A DNA stretch of 64,000 nucleotides from Octopus sinensis (GCF_006345805.1 NC_043001.1:120218001-120282000); one strand, 5' to 3'. Shown: positions 13,147 through 27,019, numbered from the stretch's first letter. Made by a program: numbers and translations. The notes: generated from the sequence alone by a model not told the origin.

Positions 13147-13689
13147 TTCTTTCATATGTATTTTTAACCACAGTCAGTTGCTTGCAAGTATATAGGCTCT
13201 ACCAAACAAACCGGGGAAAATTACATAGCACTTTAAATAAGAGGGAATTTGAAGTAGTGGTTCTAATTCCATAAAGATTACAGGACAATTCAATATGTAA
13301 AATCTTCATTCTCTCCTCAATAAAGGAAACAAACAAGGCGCTTTTAATACAATATCAAACAGGCTGTTGTTGTTTATCTCTTTAGTCATAACTAAGCAGG
13401 TTTGTGACCGACAGCATTCCGCCCATGGCTGTCCTATGCTATCCTATCTTTTTAGGACTCTTTAAGGCAACCTTATTCAATGTGTCTTTTCCTATTATGG
13501 AGTAGAATGGGATTTCATGGAGATTAGGAAGCTATTTCTAGCACATCGAGTAACGCGTACATACTCCTTTGCATGCATGTTAGATTTTATATAATAGTTT
13601 TGTTTCTTCCTTTGTGACATCTGGATATCGTCATGCCACTTGTTGTAACACCCTGGAAACGGTTGTCAATTGTAATGCGAACGATACTA

Positions 13690-14030
13690 CTTCATACTAT
13701 TATACTTCTTTTGAGACCGTGGGATTGCACCTAGAAAGTTACCCTCCTAGGCACATATCCGGGCAAGGTTGTTTATGGAAGACCAGCAGTCGCCCATGCA
13801 TACTGGGCCTCCCCTCTCCACGCCACAAGTGTTATCCAAGGGACAGGCAACAGCAGATACAGCTTGGCACCAGTGACGTCGCAACTCATTTCTACATCTG
13901 AGTGAACTGGAGCAACGTGAAATAAAGTGTCTTACTCAAGAACACAACACGCAGCCCGGTCCGGGATTTGAACTCACAACCTCGCGATCGTAAGCTCGAC
14001 GCTCTAACCACTGAGCCATGCACCTTTACA
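13690..14030 (-). mobile_element. tRNA-derived SINE
   Basis: A/B-box head GCATGGCTCAGTGGTTAGAGC...GAGTTCAAATCCCGG; body shared with 2900-3201. Confidence 0.75.
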
Positions 14031-14598
14031 CTATTATACTACTATCTATTAATTGCACTATGAATTATAGTACTGTATTTAGAGAACTGAAATTGGCAAC
14101 TTACAGTTGAATATTTTGTTCATGGATATAAAGCAAGTGACTTGTACAAAACTGTTGGTCGTTAATAACCTTTCAACATTTTTTGTTGGAATATATTTGT
14201 ATGTATGTTTCTGCTATGTTTAATTTTTTATTTCTTACATTAAAACAGGGATTGGTTTCTAATTGGGAAGCGCGTATCCATAATTGAAATTTAGATGTGA
14301 CCATTAAAATTTTTTTTTAATTTACATAATACTAATCAGAAGATTCTTTGTGTCAAAACCACAGATTTTCTAGATTGTTATTTAAACACTTAACCAAGTA
14401 TTCTAATGAATACGTGTGTTAATTTGAAAGAAGTACAGAGAAGTTGTGCGTTTCGAAGCTGTTGGCTATAAAGGATGTCTTTATCGCTAATTCTGAATGA
14501 AACGTTTCCATCCGCCTTGAAATTAAACACCACAGTAATATAGTCTTTTATTTTCTGTCCCTCGTCTAACAAGGCAGTTGTCTAAACATGCTAAGCAT

Positions 14599-14633
<35 letters not shown>

Positions 14634-14886
14634 AATATGGGTACAAATTGATATTAGTCAATTAAAACCAGTGGCCCAGCATAATAAAAAAATCCGAAGA
14701 TTAAAGTATTTTTACATACAAAATTTGAAGGACTGACCACTAAAAGTGGACGGTCAACATGCTAGATATAGACGTCAAATCGCTATTTTCCACAAAGAAT
14801 ATGTTCTCAAATAAAAATCTCAGTACAAACCAAAGCATTAAAACTAAGCAAGACAAATGAAAATATACGAAATAAAACTGATTACC

Positions 14887-14951
14887 TATGTACCGATCAG
14901 TTTCGATTGTTAATATCCACGCAGATGGATACCTGCAATCTCGTCAGAATA
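14887..14951 (-). ncRNA. type-I hammerhead ribozyme, stem I first pair mutated
   Basis: Inverted copy of 15353-15417 with TATT instead of TATG before CTGACGA. Confidence 0.65.
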
Positions 14952-15352
14952 CTCTGTCATATAGAAATACAATTTGCCGGTCTAGATGCAAAAACGTTTG
15001 ACCGGAGTCTCGCATGCATAAAGTCCAACCGATTATATTTTTGTGTCCTTTAAATTTTGTATGTAAAAATATTTTAATCTTCGGATTTTTTTAATATGCT
15101 GGGCCACTGGTTTTAATTGATTAATATCAATTTCTACCCTTATTAAATTTTAAATTAATAAAAAATGTTCTCTAGCCTTTGAATTGACTGCTGCTACTTA
15201 TTAGCTGCAGGGTAGTTTTCCGATCTCAGCGCCCCAAAGTGAAGGCATAAGAAAGATACACAAAAATATAATCGGTTGGACTTTATGCATGCGAGACTCC
15301 GGTCAAACGTTTTTGCATCTAGACCGGCAAATTGTATTTCTATATGACAGAG

Positions 15353-15417
15353 TATGCTGACGAGATTGCAGGTATCCATGTGCGTGGATATTAACAATCG
15401 AAACTGATCGGTACATA
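15353..15417 (+). ncRNA. type-I hammerhead ribozyme (apparently intact)
   Basis: TATG-CTGACGA-GATTG..(TATCCA/TGGATA hairpin)..CAATC-GAAA-CTGATCGG-TA-CATA: stem I 4 bp, stem II 5 bp, near-palindromic stem III, GUA cleavage triplet. Confidence 0.8.
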
Positions 15418-15738
15418 GGTAATCAGTTTTATTTCGTATATTTTCATTTGTCTTGCTTAGTTTTAATGCTTTGGTTTGTACTGAGATTTTTATTTGAGAA
15501 CATATTCTTTGTGGAAAATAGCGATTTGACGTCTATATCTAGCATGTTGACCGTCCACTTTTAGTGGTCAGTCCCTTAAATTTTGTATATATATGTATAT
15601 AGATATAGATATATATTGGCCTGCTCACTTAGCCAGCAGGGTGGCGTCATTTGAAGGCTAAAACAATGCGAAGCGCATTGTGACCAGCGATGTGCAGCCA
15701 CATCTGATAGCCTGGTCGGTCACGGTGATCACGGTGAT

Positions 15739-15769
<31 letters not shown>

Positions 15770-16514
15770 CACACATATACCTGTCGCAGAGTAATTCGTC
15801 AAGCGGGTGATTAATATTTAAAAAATTGTTTTTGAGTTGTCGTCCCAAATACGAATATAGTACTTGACGACATTTTGACACGAGCCGATTAAAAATGTAA
15901 TGTATTCAATGGACATGTGGTAACAACGTAACTTTTGCTTGCAGTCAGAGAATTTAGGCTTCACTCTCTCTTTTGACCAACAAGTATTTAGTAGCTGTCT
16001 TTTTTACTGGGATTCCAAAAACCACAACTTCGAAATGCTAAGTGGTATAACGGTGAGGAATCCAATAGATGCCACATGTCCAATTAATATCAGTGCAATT
16101 CTGAAGTTTCTGGAAACCATTGTAATAAAGAGGTGGGTAAATAGATAGATAGACAAATACGCAGGCAGGCAGGCAGGTTGGTAGGTAGGTAGGTAGGTAG
16201 GTAGGTATGTATGTATGTAGGGAGGTAGGTAGGTAGGTAGGTAGGTAGGTAGGTATGTATGTATGTAGGTAGGTAGGTAGGTAGGTAGGTAGGTAGGTAT
16301 GTAGGTAGGTAGGTAGGAAGGGAGGAAGGGAGGGAGGACGATAGGTGGGCAGGTATGTGGATTTTTAAGTTTCAATTCCAAACAAAGAAAAAACAAGAGA
16401 AACGTGATACAGACCAACAGGGAGTTTCTTTGTGACTGTTTGATGTGCTAGAAATAACTGGTACATCAGCCCTATATGACACTCCAGTGATTAAAAAATT
16501 AGGACACATATTAG

Positions 16515-16915
16515 CGTGACTGTGTGGTAAGAAGATTGCTTCCCAACCACATGGTTCTGGGTAAAGTCCCACTGTGTGGTATCTTGGGAAAGTGACTTCT
16601 ACTATAGCCTCGGGCCGACCAAAGCCTTGTGAGTGGATTTGATAGATGGAAACTGGAAGAAGCCCGTCGTATATATATGGATATGTATATATTTGCATGT
16701 GTTTGTGCTTGTGCCACCGCCATCGCTTGACAACATGTGCTGGTGCGTTTATGTATCCGTAACTAGCAGATCGGCAAAAGAAACCGATAGAATAAGTACT
16801 AGGCTTACAAAGAATAAATGCTGAGGTCGATTTCTTCGACTTACACTCTTTAAGGTGGTGCTCCAGCATGGCCGTAGTCAAATGACTGAAACAAGTAAAA
16901 TAATAAAAGAACATA
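16515..16915 (+). mobile_element. near full-length tRNA-derived SINE
   Basis: GTGTGGTAAGAAG.TTGCTTCCCAACCACATGGTTC head, central microsatellite, tail GGTGCTCCAGCATGGCC..AGTCAAATGACTGAAACAAGTAAAA. Confidence 0.8.
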
Positions 16916-17229
16916 TTCCTATCCCACCCGTAAAGAAAGAGACTGGGTAGTTATTACTGTAACGCTTTTCATCACGGTTTTGCTTGATCGGGTTGATGTT
17001 GCTGGGACAAACACTTGTATGATTCCACTGAATCATAATTTTTAATCAAGAAAGAGGGGGTTATGGAGTCAGGGACTTTTAAGAAAGCCACTAAATGTAT
17101 CTTACATTCATTTATTTATGAAGAAAAATAAATTAAATAAGTGAAGCAAATCCAATTGGATGTAGCAAACTGACGAAGGAGTTATTTAACAATAAACTTA
17201 CGAGTGTATCACAAAACAGGCAAAAATAT

Positions 17230-17560
17230 CAAGGATCATAAATGTAAAAGCCTTACAAGCACTTCACGAGAATAATAGAACTTTCGCTGAAATAGTAAAA
17301 GATTTGAAACATAACGAAAATGCAATACAATAGTAAAAGAGATATAAGTTACAAGAATGTGTTAACAAGACATTCTAAATATAAAACGTGAAAATATGAA
17401 GAAAGATCGTTAAACGAAAGATAACTAGACATGAAGAAGCTGAATAAAATTGACGATAGTCAATCAGAAAAGCTTTGACGTCAAACGATATTTAGCTACA
17501 CCAACAAAACAAAAATTCCGATGTATTTGAAGAAGGATCTAAGAGGGCGGACGTTTATCA
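17230..17560 (+). pseudogene. possible Tc1-like transposase N-terminal remnant
   Basis: Broken frames LHENNRTFAEIVKDLKHNENAI and RKITRHEE loosely resemble the Tc1 paired-HTH region; many stops. Confidence 0.2.
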
Positions 17561-18768
17561 TTTTCAATCAGTCAAAGTTTGTTTCTTCAGATACATTCTT
17601 CACGCTATTTATATAATGGTAGCTACTAGTCTAAAAATTTGAAGCAGGTATATTTAATTAATTAATTTGCTTATTTCAAAGCTATTGGAATTTGCTGGGA
17701 CATTAGTGCATTGGAATAAATGCATTTAAGAAATTAGTTTAGTCCTGTTTTCTGAGTCCAAAGTTCTGAGCGTGTCTTTTATTCCTTCAGAATAAATAAA
17801 TACTAAATGTGTACGCGGGTGATTCAGTCTACTGCATTTCAGCCTTGTGCACATGACAAATTATTTTCTAAGATCAAACCGCACAAGGAACTGGATGAAA
17901 TCTGCATTAGACGGAGTGAGAAGCTGGTGCATTTTTGAACAAAATTTTAAGCGTATTAGTAAGTCTTTTCCAATAATTTGAATGACTTTCTTTCGGATGC
18001 AGTTTATGCAGTCTAGGATGTTTGTTAATCCATGAAACTGCCGCATCGCTTCAGATGTAGAAACATTATTCAATTGTTAATAAAATAATTGAGCTTTGTA
18101 TAATATTGGCAACTGATCAGGGCCAAACCAATTTTACGTCATGAAAAGAAAGGCTCCACTTTCAGATATAATTTTTCAAACATTATGAATATGAAATCAC
18201 CAAGAAAGCTTCTTAGGAAATGTGAAAAAAATGAGTGTCTTTGTTCTTTGAACAATACAGTATTAACATGTTCACACTGAAGAATATGTTTGAGGTCTCT
18301 GTTCAGGGATTCTTCGAGAGAATGTATAAAAAGAACTTCTCAACCTCACAGAACTAGATGAAAATGAAACACAAATTAATCCAATCACGGGCACTATGAA
18401 CGCCACAAACGAAAATTCTACAAATGCCGCTTTCGCTTGTATTTGCACAATTCTTTCTTAACATGATTCTTTTTCAATCCAATACCCAATATTCGGAAAC
18501 CTGAAACTGTATTTAGCCAAACCAATCTTCATTTTATCGTAAATATAAATCTAAAGGGCTTATTTTCTGCTCTACAGTAGAAAAGAAAAAAATGAACACA
18601 GTTTCTGAGTTATAAATCGAGTTAACTTTGAATTCATTTCAATCGCGTTACATTCGCCATCCGTTCGCCATCTTCGAATCAGGCATAAAAATTATTCACA
18701 TTTATTTGCAAACTTTAAAATCTAATAACTGGAACTAAGACATCAAATACAAATTATTACTTTTCCAG

Positions 18769-18873
18769 ATCTTAAAAACCATTCAAATGCTTTATACTTC
18801 TATCAAATAATATTTTCCAATCTTTCCCTCTTTAATCGTCTTCTTGCGTTCATAAGCAATTTAGAACGTTTAG
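18769..18873 (+). CDS. candidate symmetric (phase 1-1) exon (DLKNHSNALYFYQIIFSNLSLFNRLLAFISNLERL)
   Basis: Acceptor TTACTTTTCCAG|, 105 nt open frame, donor AG|GTAATT. Confidence 0.35.
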
Positions 18874-19063
18874 GTAATTTAATGTGAAATTCAGAGATTG
18901 AGAAAAAAGATAAGAGAATTTTCAGTTTGTGATAAAAGGTACGCCAAATTATGCAGTGAATCATTTGTAGACGTTTGAAGATACAAGCATTCAGCATTTA
19001 ACATTAATATATACGTGTATGTCTGTTTGTATGTATATATATATATATATATATAATATATAT

Positions 19064-19110
<47 letters not shown>

Positions 19111-20159
19111 ATGCATATATATTTATATAGGCGTTTGTAAACATATATCGATATATGTGACGTTCAGTGACTTTTTAAAAATACCCTTTATTCTCCCTAG
19201 GAAATCTTAATTCTTTTATCAGTGCTGTATTGTAATTAATTTTTCTCCAATCTTTCTCTTATTTTTCTCAGGTTTTTCTTTCTCCCACATCTCGCATCTT
19301 TTCTCTCTTTCCCGACTCTTTTGTTCACTTCTTAATTTTCCCTTTTTTTCTTTTTCTTTCTTCCGCGAAAAAACGCTTTACTCACCGTCACATGCACTTA
19401 CCTCAATCACATTTTTCTTACTTTACTACATGCCGCACCTAACTGATTTTCTTCTCTCAAAGAATATTTTTTGCTTCCCTTTTACTGCATTTAATTTTCT
19501 CCAAATTTTTCTTTTATTTTTCACTTACTTCTGTTCTCCCTGAACTCACATATTTTTTCCTATTTCCATTTTGTTAACACTTGTCCCTACTGTGTTGTCT
19601 TTTTTCTTTTTATCCCCATTGAATACAAAAAGTATATATGTATATTTATATGTGTAAAGGCAGCAAACAGACAGAATCGTTAGCAAGCCGGACTAAAGGT
19701 TTGGCGGGATTCCGCCAGGTTTTCGTTCTGAATTGAAACCCGCCAATGTCGACTTTGCCTTTCATAATTTCGAGGTCGATAAAATAAGTACCATTTGAGC
19801 AGTGGGGGTTGATGTAATCAACTTAGGCCTTACCTCGAAATTGCTTGCAGTCTGCCAAAATTTGAAACCAACATTATTAATAATTATTCGTTCTTTTTCT
19901 TCTGAGCATTTTCTTAATGAAATAATAAATCATAATACAGCTCATCAAAAACGCCGCTGAGTATCTGGTATTTATGTAAAATAACCGATGGTTTCCGCGT
20001 ACTGAAAAAAATCCTATAAAAAAATCCAGAGCACCTATCAATAGAACGTTAATAACGAATATGTTTATAAACATGACATACGATTAGTCATCATGGAAAA
20101 ATAGAAACTATGAAATTAAAATAATATCACAATCTCCAATCTTTCATTTTTATCCGCAG

Positions 20160-20209
20160 CGAAAATATGACTTGTGGACTTCTAGTTTATTTAGAACAAC
20201 AGTTTCATA
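20160..20209 (+). CDS. candidate 50-nt exon
   Basis: Strong acceptor TCTTTCATTTTTATCCGCAG| and donor |GTAAGA; two frames are open (ENMTCGLLVYLEQQFH or RKYDLWTSSLFRTTVS). Confidence 0.25.
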
Positions 20210-20292
20210 GTAAGATATTTGAACAAGTGCTTTCCTAGAAGTGCCTCCCAAAGTAAACACATATGTTATCTTGTTGCAACTGACCATATATC

Positions 20293-20339
<47 letters not shown>

Positions 20340-20490
20340 TATATATTGAATGAATTATCTTATTATGGTTAATTCGGTTAACCGATACCTGGGTAGCAAA
20401 TTCACGTCAGAAAAACACGGTTGAAGCTACTCGCCAAGGGCAGAGATCACGTGCTTTCGTGTGGAAATTTGTGTGTTTTTTTAAATACAA

Positions 20491-20790
20491 ATAAATGAAA
20501 GAATGGAGTTGAACGACGATTTAACAAAATTCCTTTATTCTCGACATATGTTTCGAAGGCTGCATATTCATAATTTCGAAGGAATAAGGGGTGCATTATG
20601 CCGCCTTCTCATCAGGAAAAACAAGGAACTTATGTCAGCATCAAGATGCACAAAAACTTTTAGATGACTGCATAAGGCGGCATAATGCACCCCTTATTCC
20701 TTCGAAATTAGGAATATGCAGCCTTCGAAACATATGTCGAGAATAAAGGAATTTTGTTAATTCGTCGTTCAACTCCATTCTTTCATTTAT
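20491..20790. repeat. fold-back inverted repeat, 117-bp arms, 66-nt spacer
   Basis: 20491-20607 vs 20674-20790, two mismatches seen. Confidence 0.9.
20532..20626 (-). ncRNA. type-I hammerhead ribozyme (apparently intact)
   Basis: Minus strand CCTTGTTTTTC-CTGATGA-GAAGGC.GCATA..TATGC.GCCTTC-GAAA-CATATG-TC-GAGAATAAAGG: stem I 5 bp + 2x2 loop + 4 bp, stem II 6+5 bp, palindromic stem III ACATATGT, GUC triplet. Confidence 0.85.
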
Positions 20791-21109
20791 ATATATATTA
20801 TTTAATAAACACAGTATATGTTTTTTAGGCGCTACTATTAGTTTCATTTGCTGAGATCATGCCAATCAGTGTTTTATAACACATCTGGTGTCCCAGCACA
20901 AATACCAGACACTGCCAACGGCATACATACACACATCCACACACACAAACACACGCACATTCGCACACACACATACGCACACATATATACATATATGCGT
21001 GCGGGCGTGTGCGTGGTGTGTGTGCGTTTGTGTGTGTATGTATGTATTTAATATGTATGTATGTATGTATGTATGTATATATGTATGTATGTATTTGTGT
21101 GTGAGTGTG

Positions 21110-21312
21110 TGTGGAGGCGGTGGTTTAGCGGACAGGGCGTTGAACTTATGATCGTAAAAATTATGACACGTTCTGTTTATGTCACATTTCTCCGGTCCTC
21201 TCACCCGGAAAAAATGAGTAATGCTGTAATGGACCGGCATCCCGTCCAAAGAGGAATATATGCCTCACGGAAACCAGGAAACCGGCCCTATCAGTCTATA
21301 TGACTCGAGAAA
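21110..21312 (+). mobile_element. degraded tRNA-derived SINE
   Basis: GGAGGCGGTGGTTTAGCGGACAGGGCGTTG head and ATGGACCGGCATCCCGTCCA central motif. Confidence 0.45.
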
Positions 21313-22046
21313 GTTATTGGTTCATTTTATCATTTATGAATGTATATATATATATATATATATATATGATTAAGGGCACAGAATTCTTGCCTATATTCTG
21401 AAAAGGAGACGCTAAATCGTCCAACCACATTAAATAGCATCACTATTATTATTACACCGGTGTCGAAAATGGAGGGAGCAAGTAAACGGAAATTCATTAA
21501 AATAGATTTATCTCTGGATCGGCCGAATTCTGGATTAACGAAATGGTTCGTGTTTGTCGGCAGAGAATACTGAGGGAAAAAATGAAATACTTATTCATAC
21601 CCACAAGAAAGCAGACGCAATGTCACGAATAAATATAAGTATTCCAAATATATCCATATCGAATTCCATAGCAAGCCTGAACACGTGTGTAGCCGGTCAA
21701 GAATAGCCCATAAGTGGTCCCGAAGTGAATGGGAATTCATTTAATTATGATATAAAAGGATAATATTGATAAAAATTTTATCAGTAGCCAGCATATAAAT
21801 ATATAGACCTATTGAGATGAAATAATAAATGCAATTATAATTAAGGTCATAGAATAATATTCTTCCCTATAAGCTGAAAAGGTGACGCTAAATCGTCCAA
21901 CCAAATTAAATATCATCAGTGTTATTATTACAAACGTGTCGAAAATCGACACGTGTAGGCAAGAATTTTTTATAAACATGTAAATATATCAACAGAAAGA
22001 CATGTATGCTTACATATATCTAACCATAAATATACGTTTATGCATT

Positions 22047-22091
<45 letters not shown>

Positions 22092-22631
22092 CTGTAAGCC
22101 TTATTTATAAATGTTCTAAAATCTTCACAGCCTTGGTTTTCATTCTGGAAAAAAGTTATCAGAGGATGAGCAGATTAGTTACAGTTCAGTTCAGCCCATT
22201 ATCAATAAAGATTTGGGTGAGACGCGTATCTGCCATGTTTGTGCCAAAAACTGCTTTCAGTTGACCAAAAAGACACTCGGATTTCAGTAGCATAAGATCT
22301 CTTTGATTCTGTCTAGAACGAGGAAAATTTTTGAAAGCTTCACGTGGGCCTCTGAGCAGGTATCATAAAACTTTTGGCAAACTTTGATGCAAATTCTATG
22401 CTCAACTTTCTCTGTCATGGTCAATGCAACGATCACACGCTACATACCTTCCTTCCAAGCACTGCTGTAAATAGCGAAAGTAAGCTTGATCGTTAAAATT
22501 GTGTGCGCATACACAGTAGAGAGTAAGGTCAGTCTGTCAAGTCGCTTTACTCTGTGTGCTTTAGCTTCAGTACTATGGCAACAGGCCAGATACTTATTGA
22601 TCACACTATATATATATATACATACACATAC

Positions 22632-22807
22632 ACATAAAATTAAATCCAATACAAGGAAAACAGGCTCCTTTATAAGGATGGAAACATCTATATGTACGTG
22701 TGAGCGTATATATATATATATATATCTACACACACACACACTTACAGATAGATGTTTCCATCCCTATAGAGGAGCCTATTTTCCTTGTATTGGATTTAAT
22801 TTTATGT
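22632..22807. repeat. 60-bp inverted repeat around a (TA)/(CA) microsatellite (MITE-like hairpin)
   Basis: 22632-22691 vs 22748-22807, three mismatches. Confidence 0.85.
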
Positions 22808-23205
22808 ATTTATATATGTGTGAATTCTCCTCATGTATTACATGCTTACGTCGTCGCATCAGTTGATCCTGTCTCCTCTCTTAACCCAACGAACTTTTCT
22901 TGGATTTTCTTTTGGGTGACCTCTCTGTCTGGCATTCGCCATGATAGATCACTAGCTCCTACACATTCTTTATTTTTTTTCATTGTTTCTCTCTGTGTTC
23001 CTTTCTGTTGAAGAGCGTAGGCTCGAAACGTTAAAGACTTTTTCACTTCCCGAACGTTAAACTAATATATTTGTTTGTTGTCTACACCACCTGTCTTCTT
23101 CATTTGTTTTTTTTTGTGAATTCTCCCTATGTATATATATATATATAATATATATATATATATATAGGGAGAGAGAGAGAGAGAGAGAGATAGATAGATA
23201 GATAA

Positions 23206-23247
<42 letters not shown>

Positions 23248-23338
23248 GCATAGATGCATAGATTCATATACATGTATACGCAGAGGCACATGTACATGTA
23301 CATATGTATGTGTGTGTATATATATATATATTATATAT

Positions 23339-23383
<45 letters not shown>

Positions 23384-25045
23384 TATATATATATACATAT
23401 ATATACATATATATATGTATAATATATATATACATATATGTATACATATATATATACATATATATATACATAAATTTATATAGATATATATATACATATA
23501 TATTTAAATCTGTCTGACTATGTATGTATCTATGTGTGTATGTATGTGTGTATATATGTATATATGTGTACGTTATACGTGAGTGTGTGCGCGCGCAGCT
23601 TATTTAAGCGCTTGCATATCTACGTAGAAATCCACCAATCTGTTTTAAATAAGAATTCGAAGATTTCAAATACAAGAAGTAAAAGAGTGACTGCAAACAA
23701 AAGAATAAAAAAACATGTGAAACAAAGCTAAAGCTATCTCCAAGAATAATAAGAAATAAAAGAATTAACGTATTACATGACTTAACAGTGAGTCTTGCAA
23801 AAACATGTATTCTATTTCGGTTCGGTTCAGGAATTAAGCAACTTCATGAAACAAAGCTGCACTATTGAGATGTTTCAGTTTTTAAACCGGTTATATTCTT
23901 TAACCGATCTTTCACTGCATTTTACTTTATTATTGATATTTGGGGAGTTGTCATTCTTGTTCTCCAAAAAATGTTTACATCTATCACGTTTTGATTGCAT
24001 ATTATTGAATCGATTATTTTAGGGTTTTTTTTTGTTATCATTGTCGCTGTTATTGAGCTTCAACAATAACAGAGATAAAATGTGTTATTCTTTGTATTTA
24101 AAGTTCCCCTCCCCTCCTCCTTCTTCTACTTCTTCTAATTATTATCAGGTAATAATTGCTGGTAAAACGCTTATCGGCATTTCGTCTGACTTTACGTTTT
24201 CAGTCCAAACTCCGCCGACGTCGACTCTGCCTTTCATCCTTTCGGGATCGACAAAATATGTACCAGTTGATCACTGAGGTCGATGTAATCGAATTATCTT
24301 CAGCGCTAAATTGCTGGCCTTGTGCCAAAATTTGAAAGCATTATTGTTATTGCGGTTATTGTTGCTATTGTGCTTTCAAATCAAAGACGATATTTTGGAG
24401 CTCATAAAATGATTTTGAATTTGGTTGTTTGAAAAAATTACTTTGGTTTCCGTTCCACCATTTTCTCTTATTAGGCAAGTTAGTTTTGGGAAATGTTTAC
24501 TCCGGGGCTTCATTTAAGTTGTATTTTGTAATACCCATTCAAAAAGAAATAACACGGAAGCATGGCGGCGTATTTTTCGGAGTCAGATCAGAGATTGGAA
24601 GAGCTGTTTTGATGCTGCCTCCCCTACTTTTAAAAAGAAAAGAAGAAAGCACTACCGTCAAGACCACCACAATATTTTAACAACTGAAACAACAACAACA
24701 GCTACAACAGGGAAAACGAAACAAAACAATAGTAACATGGAAAATAAAAACAACAAAAATGAGGTCTAAGAAAGAAAAAGAAAATAAATAAAATGATGAT
24801 TAGAGGCACGTCCAACACAAGCGATAATAATAATGGTTCCAAATAATAATAATAATGGTACCTATTTTATTGACCCCGAAAGGCAAAGTTCAACTAAGCG
24901 GAATTTGAACATCGAACCTAAAAAAATCGGAAGAAATATCGGTAAGTCATCTTTAACGATTATGCCTTCGTGATAACTTAAAAAGAAACAAGAAGAAGAA
25001 CAACAACAACAAGAACAACAACAACAACAACAGCAGCAGCAGCAG

Positions 25046-25076
<31 letters not shown>

Positions 25077-27019
25077 AATAATAATATATTCCCCATTTTT
25101 TTAGGGGAAGGATCCACAGCAAGACACACACCAGGCATTCCATTCATTTCCCAGCTCAAAAAGGCGAGCCCCGTTCTATGCTCGAGTCAAGGCATAGAAC
25201 GCAACTCCCAATATCAGCAGCGGGGCCCGACAACATATGCTGGTTTACCTCCGTCCCATCATGCTGTCCTGGGTATGACTATAAACTACATCCGGTAGTG
25301 GGACCCTGAGGCCCTGCTTTCAGGGTTTGAGGAATGTGAAACCACCTCTTAGCCACTATCGTTCCACAGTCTGCTCTGGCCCAGAGGGTAGTACCTGCAA
25401 GTGTCTCATCTATGGGTCAAGTAGCACCCCCACCCCACAGTCGCTTTAGAAACATGGGTGTTTCGTTCCACATCCTTAAACAAACCTTATTCAGGGACAC
25501 TTTGAGCGGGATGGGCTACTCGACCTGAAGAAAATTCTCACTGGGCCCCACCTGCAAGGTCATGTTCTGTTTATTTTGATATATCATCATGTCGCACACA
25601 TATGGTTGTGATGCATGTGCCTAGTGTACACTTATCAGACAGGTAGTCATGATGGATATATTGGGCTTCGTATATTTTACCGCAGTGACACTTTGATGCC
25701 ATGCACTGCTCTCTCACTCAATAATAATAATAATAATAATAATAATTATAATTATAATAATAATAATAATAATAATAGTAATAATCGTTTTTCAGCAACA
25801 GTTCACTATGAGGCACTAACTGGCAAGACACCATATCATACAACATGAAAAATAGAATCTAAACCAAGACGTGCTTCAGAAGTAATAGAAAGAGTAACTG
25901 ATCCGATGCAGAATATATAGACTAATTTATATGGCTTGTATAAGAAAATAATTTGAAAGACGAAGATAACTTTGAAATATTTGAAGAAGAAAAGAACGCG
26001 AACACCTGAACCGGCTTAGCAGCGAAACTATACAAAAGAACCTCAACATGTGAGAGTCAAAACAAAAGGACAAACTAAATGTTAGCTTAAGAATCTCAAC
26101 ATAATATAAAAAGTAAAATGAGAATGACATTAAAGTAACAAAAGGAACTCTTTTGCTCGAGATAAAATCGAAATACCATAGAATACAGGTGTCTGGGAAA
26201 GTATTAATTCAATGGAAACGAAATTTCCCGTAAACAGAAAACAAAATCAACAAAACGAATGTAAATTAACAAGAAGAAAACCATTAAGTTACAGAATATT
26301 ACAGAAGTTTGGACGAAAGCAGAAGGAATGAACAAACCCATGTGGTTTATACCAAGTGTATGTATCACAGGTGATGAAATAATGCAACATATGAGAGGGG
26401 AAAAGCATATTGATCGTTACCTGAAATACGTAATGTTTTGAAATTCCGGATTAAACATCTTTTGTTCTTTTATTGATTTTAATTATCGGAGTGTGGCCTT
26501 GTTGAGACATTTTAATTTTTGGTTTAATCATCAACACCATTAATGAGTCTGCTACTTATCTTCACCGTTTTCTTAAGCTATGAAATGCAAAATCAACAAT
26601 GGCGTAAAGAGTAATATCGCAGTCCATTAGAGACATGTGCATTGGTTACTCAATGGGAATATGAATGAGTGTGTTTGTGAGTTGGCTAATGTACAGTTTC
26701 TGACTTGTAATTTTCTTTCTCAAATCGTTCCGGAACTCGAGACCATGCCAGAAGTTTTCGTCTAATGTGCCACGCAGTGGAATCGTACCTGGAACACCTT
26801 TGTTACAAAGCCACCTTCTTAACCACATGGCCCTGCTTGCATTGATAATCTGACCTCAATTTAAGATAACTTAATTTATGAATTGTCGATCTCAACTGGA
26901 GGAATGTCGGGCAACAATTCTTGCACCTGAATCTAAAGAAACGAGTATTTCCAGAAATCTTAAGCCAACATAAATAGTACTGAAAAAACGCGCAGCAAAA
27001 ACTGTAAAACATAGATAAT

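Larger units (their letters stand above)
14628..15588. mobile_element. non-coding hammerhead-bearing element: 526-nt unit in partial tandem plus inverted copy, bounded by (TA)n
   Basis: Inverted repeats 14715-15046/15258-15588 (about 3 mismatched sites seen) and 14628-14732/15045-15149; direct repeat GTCC.T.AAATTTTGTAT at 15045 and 15571. Confidence 0.75.

Noticed and set aside
21370-21960. ~470-nt-spaced direct repeat after (TA)n, as another hammerhead unit
   Set aside because: The repeat is real, but CTGATGA (-, ~21914) has no downstream GAAA and CTGAGGG..GAAA at ~21570 lacks stem II and an NUH triplet.
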